A stretch of DNA of 64,000 nt from an uncultured Elusimicrobia bacterium (GTDB lineage: Bacteria > Elusimicrobiota > Elusimicrobia > 2-01-FULL-59-12): positions 2,112,001 through 2,176,000 of the forward strand of contig OY969767.1 of assembly GCA_963702895.1 (NCBI GenBank). The letters are read 5' to 3'. A program made the position numbers and the translations under genes. Position 1 is the first letter of the stretch. The number at the start of each line of letters is the position of its first letter. Shown here in pieces: positions 57,439 through 64,000 of the stretch. Under the pieces are notes generated by a model. That model ran no database searches, was not told the DNA's origin, and saw nothing but the letters and a program-made list of their open reading frames with translations.

Positions 57439-60135
57439 TTATGCTTCGGGCCTCAAGACCAGATCACCAAAAGAACCGGAAACACCTTTGGGGACGTCCA
57501 CCAGGAGGGTCGCGCCTTCTGTGATCTTCCCGCTGACCATGAGTTTGGCCAGCGGATCCAGCACCCGCTTCTGGAGAACACGTTTGAGCGGGCGCGCGCC
57601 GTAAGCTGGATCATACCCTTCTTTCATCAGCGCCGTGCGCGCGCCTGGCGTGAGCTTGAGATGAATATTCTTTTCCGCGAGACGCTTGGCCAGCTGCGCC
57701 AGCTGCAGATCGATGATCCGGGAGAGCTCTTTCTCATCCAGCCGCTGAAAGATCACGGTTTCATCGATCCGGTTCAGAAATTCCGGCCGGAAATGCGCCC
57801 GCAAGGCTTCCTGAATGCGGGGTTTGACGGTTTCAAGATCGGCGACGTCCTGGATCCAGTTAGACCCGATATTGGAGGTCATGATGATGATCGTGTTGCG
57901 AAAGTCGACGGTCCTCCCCTGGCCGTCGGTGAGCCGCCCGTCATCAAGAATTTGGAGGAACAGGTTAAAGACCTCCGGCGCGGCCTTTTCAATTTCGTCA
58001 AAGAGAATCACCGAGTAGGGCCTTCTCCGCACCGCCTCGGTCAGCTGTCCCCCTTCTTCAAATCCCACATAACCCGGAGGCGCTCCGACGAGACGCGCCA
58101 CAGCATGCTTTTCCATATACTCGGACATGTCGATGCGCACCATGGCGCGCTCATCATCAAACAAATAGGAGGCGAGCGCCTTGGCGAGTTCTGTTTTGCC
58201 GACGCCGGTCGGCCCCAGGAAAATAAAGCTGCCGATCGGCCGGTGGGGGTCGGAGAGCCCGGAACGGGAGCGACGGATGGCGTTGGCCACCGCCCCAATC
58301 GCTTCCTCCTGACCGATCACGCGCTCATGCAGGCGTTCTTCGATCTTGAGAAGTTTCTGCATCTCGGTTTCCATCATTCGCGAGACCGGCACACCGGTCC
58401 ACTTCGACACGACTTGGGCGATGTCCTCCTCGTCCACTTCTTCCCGCAGCATGCGCTTGTTCTTCTGCAAATCGCCGAGTTTTTTGTTGAGCCCCTCCAG
58501 CGATTTTTGAAGCTCTGGTATCTTGCCGTACCGAATTTCCGAAGCAGCCCCCAGATCGCCGGAACGTTCCGCGCGCCGTTCTTCCTCGCGCAGGGATTCC
58601 ACCTGCTCTTTGGTTTTACGAAGGGCCGAGATGACCTCCCGCTCTTTTTCCCAGTGGGAGCGCAGGGACGTCGATTGTTCCTTCAAATCGGCGAGTTCTT
58701 TCTCCAGCTTGCGTAATTTGTCATTCCCCCCGGCCACCCTCGTGCCGTCATCCCCGGCAGCCTCTAGCCGGGGATCCATGGATCCCCCCCTTACAGCCGG
58801 GGGGGATGACGTAGGGTAGACCGCGGGGGATGACGGCAGAGAAGCTTCTTTTTTGAGGGCCTGCCGTTCGATCTCAAGCTGGCGGATACGACGTTCCACC
58901 GTGTCGAGCTCCACAGGCAGGGAATCGATCTCCATACGAAGGCGGCTGGCCGCCTCATCAATCAGGTCAATCGCTTTGTCCGGCAGGAAGCGGTCGGCGA
59001 TGTACCGGTTGGAAAGGACGGAAGCCGCGATTATCGCGCTGTCTTTGATGCGGACGCCGTGGTGGACTTCATAACGTTCTTTGAGGCCGCGTAAAATCGC
59101 GATCGTGTCTTCGACGCTCGGCTGGCCCACGTGGACCGGCTGGAAGCGTCTTTCGAGGGCCGCGTCCTTCTCGATATGTTGGCGATACTCATCGAGCGTC
59201 GTGGCCCCGACACAACGGAGTTCGCCGCGTGAGAGCATCGGCTTCAGAAGATTGGCCGCATCCATCGCGCCTTCGGTCGCACCCGCGCCGACGAGCGTAT
59301 GGAGCTCGTCAATAAAGAGAATAATCGCGCCCTGGGCCGAAACGATCTCTTTCAGAACGGCTTTCAAGCGCTCTTCAAACTCACCTCGGTACTTGGCTCC
59401 GGCGATGAGCGCGCCAAGATCGAGACCAATCACTTTTTTGTTCTTGAGCGTCTCCGGCACGTCCCCGGCCACGATGCGCTGGGCAAGCCCTTCCACGATG
59501 GCCGTTTTGCCCACGCCCGGCTCGCCAATCAAAACAGGATTGTTTTTGGTGCGACGCGCCAGGACCTGCACCACGCGCCGGATCTCCTCATCCCGGCCGA
59601 TCACGGGATCGAGCTTATTCTGGCGGGCCATGGCCGTGAGGTCCCGGCCGTAGCGCTCCAAAGCCTGGTATTTCGATTCAGGATCGGGATCGCTGACCCT
59701 CTGCGAGCCTCGGATCCCGGCAAGCGCCTCGAGCACCCCTTGCGACGTGACACCGGCGTCTTGGAGGATCTTCGCAGCTTCCGATGGGACTTTGAGAAGA
59801 GCCAGCAACAAATGTTCGGTCGAAATATAGTCGTCCTGGAGGGCCTTGGCGGCTTCTTCAGCAGCTCCCAAGACCTCATGCATGTCGCGCCCCATATAGA
59901 GCTGCCCCCCGGATACCGCGGGTTTTCGGGCAATCGCCTGTTCCGCCTGTCGGCGAATCGAAGGCAGGGCCGCCTGGCTCTTTTGGAGAACAGCCGCAAC
60001 GACCCCCTCGGGCTGATCCAAGAGTGCGACCAACAGGTGTTCCGGATCCATTGCCTGTTGACCTTTTGATTGGACGAGGCTCTGAGCGCCCTGAAGCGCT
60101 TCCTGAGCCTTGGTGGTGAGTTTATTGATGTTCAT
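57439..60135 (-). CDS. clpB: Chaperone ClpB, with in-frame repeat insert in the M domain
   Basis: Two AAA modules ([16 protein letters not shown]), DAALERRFQ, long coiled-coil M domain, GYVG. Confidence 0.97.
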   Translation of the reverse strand: MNINKLTTKAQEALQGAQSLVQSKGQQAMDPEHLLVALLDQPEGVVAAVLQKSQAALPSIRRQAEQAIARKPAVSGGQLYMGRDMHEVLGAAEEAAKALQDDYISTEHLLLALLKVPSEAAKILQDAGVTSQGVLEALAGIRGSQRVSDPDPESKYQALERYGRDLTAMARQNKLDPVIGRDEEIRRVVQVLARRTKNNPVLIGEPGVGKTAIVEGLAQRIVAGDVPETLKNKKVIGLDLGALIAGAKYRGEFEERLKAVLKEIVSAQGAIILFIDELHTLVGAGATEGAMDAANLLKPMLSRGELRCVGATTLDEYRQHIEKDAALERRFQPVHVGQPSVEDTIAILRGLKERYEVHHGVRIKDSAIIAASVLSNRYIADRFLPDKAIDLIDEAASRLRMEIDSLPVELDTVERRIRQLEIERQALKKEASLPSSPAVYPTSSPPAVRGGSMDPRLEAAGDDGTRVAGGNDKLRKLEKELADLKEQSTSLRSHWEKEREVISALRKTKEQVESLREEERRAERSGDLGAASEIRYGKIPELQKSLEGLNKKLGDLQKNKRMLREEVDEEDIAQVVSKWTGVPVSRMMETEMQKLLKIEERLHERVIGQEEAIGAVANAIRRSRSGLSDPHRPIGSFIFLGPTGVGKTELAKALASYLFDDERAMVRIDMSEYMEKHAVARLVGAPPGYVGFEEGGQLTEAVRRRPYSVILFDEIEKAAPEVFNLFLQILDDGRLTDGQGRTVDFRNTIIIMTSNIGSNWIQDVADLETVKPRIQEALRAHFRPEFLNRIDETVIFQRLDEKELSRIIDLQLAQLAKRLAEKNIHLKLTPGARTALMKEGYDPAYGARPLKRVLQKRVLDPLAKLMVSGKITEGATLLVDVPKGVSGSFGDLVLRPEA
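58720..58838. repeat. Family A composite repeat, in-frame inside clpB
   Basis: gtcattcccccc...gccgtcatccccggc...ccggggatccatggatccccccc...gggggatgac...gggggatgacggc. Confidence 0.92.
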
Positions 60136-60210
60136 AGAAGCTATAACAGAACTTTAGCCGGAATTGTTCCGTTCCCGTGAGATGTTCATCTGAGTTGGCC
60201 GCCCTTTTGA

Positions 60211-60302
60211 GTGCCGTCATCCCCCCCGGTCGTCAGGGGGGGATCCATCAAATCTAGAGCAACCATGATGGACCCCGGATAACGGATCTCCGGGGTGACG
60301 TC
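60211..60302. repeat. Family A repeat, full length, between ispG and clpB
   Basis: Reverse complement of 33565-33656. Confidence 0.9.
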
Positions 60303-60318
60303 AACAACAGATTTCCAG

Positions 60319-62439
60319 TTAGCTTTTCGGTTCCACCCATTTGCCGTGCGCTTGAATAAGCTGGATCAGACGATGGTCTGCTTCTTCGGTGGGAATTCCT
60401 TTTTCCACGCACTCTTTGCCGACATACAGATTGATTTTGCCGGGGGCACCCCCGACATAGCCGAAATCCGCGTCCGCCATTTCCCCGGGACCATTCACAA
60501 TGCACCCCATAATGGCGATTTTCACGCCTTTTAAATGGCCGGTCTGCTTTTTGATTCTCTCGGTGGTGCTTTGCAAATCGAAAAGCGTGCGGCCGCAGGA
60601 AGGGCAAGAGACAAACTCTGCCTTGGTGATGCGCACGCCCGCTCCCTGAAGAATGTTGTAGAGGAGCTCTAATTCCTTCCTTGGAGCGATCCCTTGGCCG
60701 GTCTGGACGCTGTCGCCGATGCCATCGGCCAAGAGCGCCCCAAAGGCGATCGAGGCCTCGATCCTTTGGTCCTCAAAAAACTCCCGGCCTGGATAGCGCA
60801 AGTGCAAAGGATAAGAGGGCCGCGCCGATTTTTTCCTGAGAAGAGCGACCGCGAGGCGCACATTGGCGATGAGCTGATGCAGCGTGGGCAACTGGAAGGA
60901 AAGGAGGAGGTCTTGGACCCCTGCCGCTTCCGCATGTTCAATGCCACGCATGAGGTTGCGGGCGGGTTCGAGATACCCCTGGCGGCAGGGACCGGACTCG
61001 AGCATCACCGGGACCCGGGCCGCCACGGAAGCGCGTAAAAATTCCCGAAACTGCCCCTTCCGCTCCGAATCCGAGATCGTAGGGGGAGCGGCGAAAGAAG
61101 CCAGGTGGACGCTGGAAATGCCGACCTTCGCGAGTTCTAAATCGGAGAATCGCCCAAAGAACGCGACGCGGGAAGTCTCAGGGCCAAGGACTTTTCGGCA
61201 GTGGAGAAAGCGCTCAAGATCGGAGGCGCTGGCGATCTCCCAATCGAGGACCTCGGGCACCGTATCGCGACCGGACTTGAGCTCCGCTTCCAGGAACTCG
61301 AGGATCATCTGCGCGGCGTCCTCACCAGAAGCCGCTTGCTTGAGCCAGGGACGAAAGTCGTTGACCACGCGGACAGGGTGGTCCGCCCCGATCTTGAACG
61401 GTCCGATCGACAGCTCGCGCGTCGGGCGCCGCGCGTACTGATAGAAGTTGTCGACATGACGGAGTCCCGCGTCTCGCGTCTCGCGTCCCGCGTCCGATTC
61501 AAGCGCAGGACTCGGGACTCGGGACTCGGGACGTTGTTCTAGACAGGCTTTGACGATCTGCTGCGCCACCGGCATCTCGAACTCCGGATCCTCGGTGAGA
61601 GAGACGCGCACGGTATCGCCGAGGCCGTCGTGGAGCAGACTCCCGATGCCGATGGCGGACTTGATGCGGCCGTCTTCTCCGTAGCCGGCTTCGGTCACCC
61701 CGAGGTGGAGCGGATAATCCATGGCTTCCTCATCCATCCGCGCCACGAGGAGCCGGTAAGCTTCAATCATCACCTTGGCATTGGACGCTTTCATCGAGAG
61801 GATGAGGTCGAAATAGCTGTTTTTCTGGCAAATCCGCACAAACTCAAGGGCCGCCTCGACCATCCCGAGAGGGGTGTCCCCATACCGGTTCATGATCCGG
61901 TCTGAAAGGGAACCGTGGTTGCAGCCAATGCGCATGGACCGGCCCAGCTTCTTGCACTTGAGGACCAGGGGCGTGAAACGTTCTTCGATGCGGGTGAGCT
62001 CCTCCGCATAGTCGTCATCCGAGTACTCGAGTGTTTTAAAGGCTTTTGAATCAGCATAGTTGCCTGGGTTGACCCTGATTTTTTCCACGTGCTGGGCCGC
62101 TTCCATCGCGCAATCAGGATTAAAGTGGATATCGGCCACCAGAGGAATTTTGGAAAAGCCTTTGGCGTTCAAGGATTTGCGAATCTCCTTCAGGGCACGG
62201 GCATCCGCCATTTTGGGGGCTGTGATGCGAACAATTTCGCACCCCGCCTCAATCATGCGGATAGACTGAGCAACGGTGGCGTCCACGTCCGTCGTCGGGG
62301 TGGTCGTCATCGATTGAAGACGGATAGGATTTTCCCCGCCCACACCGACCTGCCCGACTTGAACAACGCGGGTCTTCCTTCGGTGATAGAGGAAAAGATT
62401 GCGGCTATATGATCGCGTTATAGGAAGTGTTGTGGTCAT
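60319..62439 (-). CDS. ispG: (E)-4-hydroxy-3-methylbut-2-enyl-diphosphate synthase, long three-domain form
   Basis: QSMTTT, PLVADIHF, RVNPGN, NHGSLS, LHLGVTEAG, RVSLTE, SCPSCGR, MGCIVNGPGE; extra central domain. Confidence 0.96.
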   Translation of the reverse strand: MTTTLPITRSYSRNLFLYHRRKTRVVQVGQVGVGGENPIRLQSMTTTPTTDVDATVAQSIRMIEAGCEIVRITAPKMADARALKEIRKSLNAKGFSKIPLVADIHFNPDCAMEAAQHVEKIRVNPGNYADSKAFKTLEYSDDDYAEELTRIEERFTPLVLKCKKLGRSMRIGCNHGSLSDRIMNRYGDTPLGMVEAALEFVRICQKNSYFDLILSMKASNAKVMIEAYRLLVARMDEEAMDYPLHLGVTEAGYGEDGRIKSAIGIGSLLHDGLGDTVRVSLTEDPEFEMPVAQQIVKACLEQRPESRVPSPALESDAGRETRDAGLRHVDNFYQYARRPTRELSIGPFKIGADHPVRVVNDFRPWLKQAASGEDAAQMILEFLEAELKSGRDTVPEVLDWEIASASDLERFLHCRKVLGPETSRVAFFGRFSDLELAKVGISSVHLASFAAPPTISDSERKGQFREFLRASVAARVPVMLESGPCRQGYLEPARNLMRGIEHAEAAGVQDLLLSFQLPTLHQLIANVRLAVALLRKKSARPSYPLHLRYPGREFFEDQRIEASIAFGALLADGIGDSVQTGQGIAPRKELELLYNILQGAGVRITKAEFVSCPSCGRTLFDLQSTTERIKKQTGHLKGVKIAIMGCIVNGPGEMADADFGYVGGAPGKINLYVGKECVEKGIPTEEADHRLIQLIQAHGKWVEPKS
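61463..61533. repeat. Inverted heptamer arrays inside ispG
   Basis: gtcccgc gtctcgc gtctcgc gtcccgc ... ggactcg x3. Confidence 0.88.
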
Positions 62440-62460
62440 CAATTGATTCGCCTGTACTAA

Positions 62461-62576
62461 GACGTCACCCCGGTGAAAACCGGCCCTCCACACATCCGGC
62501 GGGCCGTCCGCCCTGCCGTGTGGCGGACGGGGTCTATCCTATTTTCTTGATGGATCCCGGCTTTCGCCGGGATGAC
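62461..62576. repeat. Family A repeat with a nested family D hairpin (62504-62530)
   Basis: gtcaccccggtgaaaaccgg[...ccgtccgccctgccgtgtggcggacgg]ggtc...tggatcccggctttcgccgggatgac. Confidence 0.85.
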
Positions 62577-62658
62577 AACACAAGAAAGGAACGGTTTCTC
62601 AGTCGATCTACAGGATTATCAGGTCAAAAGCCGAATCGATCCTTCGACGGTAATTATA

Positions 62659-63993
62659 TCAAAGCCTCGTCCAGTGAAGCGTCCAACGATCCTTTTTAGG
62701 CCCGTCGGCCCAGACCACCGCCGCTTGGCCGGGCGCCAGGGGAATGACTTGCGGACGGGAAGGTTTCGAAAGGCGGTCCACGAGAAGCCTCCCCTTCGGA
62801 CCAAAGATCCGATGACCCTTTTGATCAATTTTCTGAGCGTAGAGGCCAACGGTCGCCCTACGATTATCCACCCAAGCCGCCCACACGCTCCGGTCTTGAT
62901 CAAGGGCTAAAGCGATCTTGCCTTGGTCTCCGGCCGCGGGCGCGATCGCGATTTCCCCGCCACCCCAGGCCGGCGTTCCATCCCCCTTGAGGTGATGGAG
63001 CTGGGCTTGATAGTGCTTCTCGTCACGATAGTCTTCCCAAGCGATCCAGGTGCCGCCTTCGGCGTCGCCGGCGAGCACGGGGTTCCATTGGTTCGACGCG
63101 TTGGGCGGGCCAGAAGCCAACTTCCCATTCTCCCACTGAAGAACGCCCTTGGGCCCAACCTTCTGGAGAAAGGTTTGCATGACTTGTCGCTGGGGCGCAG
63201 TCCAAGTCAGAACGGCTTCGCCCGTTCCGAGCGGGACCATCATCGGAAATTCTGATGTCCCGACGGGCGCGAAGACTTTGACACCCTCCAAGCCCCAAAG
63301 AAGGTTCCCTTCAAAATCAATCCGCTGAACGCGCATTTCGGAAGCCTGGTTCACTTCATCCCGCCAAGCGATGATCAGGCCCGACATGTTGTCGAAAATG
63401 ACACGGGGGTTGGTTTGGTGCGACGCGCGCAAGCTGATCCGGAGGCCGCCGCTCGCCCAGACGGGATCTCCCTTGACCGAGAGTCGCTGCGCTTTCAACA
63501 CAGAGCGGCCAGAAGGATGTTTTTCCCCCCAAACGACCAGAGTCCCGCCCTGAGCATCATTGGTCGCGTCCGGCTGTGAAACAGTCATGCTGGATAAGTG
63601 GAGAGCTTTCGGAGTTTTCTTGAGCCCATCCGGGCCAAAGCGCTGAAAATGAATACCATCGGGCTCATCCCAAAAAAGCAAAAGCCCCCCGCGGCCATCC
63701 GCCAGGCCGCTCCAGTCCTTGGGGGAAAGAAGGTGCTCAGCGGCCAGGATCCCGGACGGCGAGCCCCAGGCAGGTTGTCCGCCTGACGAAAGATGTTGGG
63801 CGTAAAGGGAAGTTCCCCGGCCCACCTTGTCTTCGGCCCACACCAGATAAAAACCTCCGGCATCATCTTCAAACCCTCGGAATGAGATGATCTTCCCTTG
63901 AACATGGATCGGTGGCGGCGGGGCGGACCAAAGAGGCGGCACAAGGCTGACGAGAATCAAAACCAGAAACTTGGTCATAAGGGCTGTTTCCAT
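62659..63993 (-). CDS. Secreted repeat protein (beta-propeller-like; DxxGG..l.W.D.R / Q.....G...W repeats)
   Basis: Signal peptide and about 7 internal repeats. Confidence 0.7.
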   Translation of the reverse strand: METALMTKFLVLILVSLVPPLWSAPPPPIHVQGKIISFRGFEDDAGGFYLVWAEDKVGRGTSLYAQHLSSGGQPAWGSPSGILAAEHLLSPKDWSGLADGRGGLLLFWDEPDGIHFQRFGPDGLKKTPKALHLSSMTVSQPDATNDAQGGTLVVWGEKHPSGRSVLKAQRLSVKGDPVWASGGLRISLRASHQTNPRVIFDNMSGLIIAWRDEVNQASEMRVQRIDFEGNLLWGLEGVKVFAPVGTSEFPMMVPLGTGEAVLTWTAPQRQVMQTFLQKVGPKGVLQWENGKLASGPPNASNQWNPVLAGDAEGGTWIAWEDYRDEKHYQAQLHHLKGDGTPAWGGGEIAIAPAAGDQGKIALALDQDRSVWAAWVDNRRATVGLYAQKIDQKGHRIFGPKGRLLVDRLSKPSRPQVIPLAPGQAAVVWADGPKKDRWTLHWTRL

Positions 63994-64000
63994 TTTATAA

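Noticed and set aside
50671..58838. Inteins or self-splicing introns as the explanation for the argS and clpB inserts
   Set aside because: The inserts are too short, lack C/S...HN intein ends and intron core motifs, and match dispersed or tandem DNA repeats.
60136..60220. Possible CIRCE heat-shock operator upstream of clpB (gagtgcc)
   Set aside because: Only a partial right half is present, it overlaps the family A repeat, and there is no TTAGCACTC left arm at 9-nt spacing.

Overview
A GC-rich bacterial chromosomal segment from a probably diderm organism (heptose genes, a beta-barrel OMP); I cannot fix the taxon from the sequence alone. Most of it is housekeeping operons on the minus strand: pmbA-aroE-aroC-aroK-aroB-aroD-pepP-efp-accB-accC-gmhA-rfaE2-thiD2-thiE-thrB-lysC; a hopanoid operon (hpnH-shc-hpnA-hpnG); Pit/DUF47; four c-di-GMP enzymes; a biotin locus with a predicted BirA operator (bioB-SDR-ketosynthase-bioF // bioD-bioA) split by a small plus-strand island; proA-nadD-LCP-rsfS-argS; clpB; and a long-form ispG. 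Accessory elements are an IS1380-family transposase, a lower-GC glycosylation cassette and a probable toxin-antitoxin pair. The most striking signal is dense colonisation by at least four families of short palindromic repeats plus inverted 7-, 8- and 16-bp tandem arrays. These repeats sit in-frame inside conserved genes (clpB, argS, ispG, bioA, bioF, the ketosynthase), form gene termini, supply start and stop codons, and nest inside one another. Other notable points are dedicated FabF/FabG-like genes in the bio operon (a possible alternative pimelate route), an EF-P with Met at the loop tip, and apparent frameshifts in hpnG and thiD2/thiE. I recognised no rRNA, tRNA or CRISPR array.
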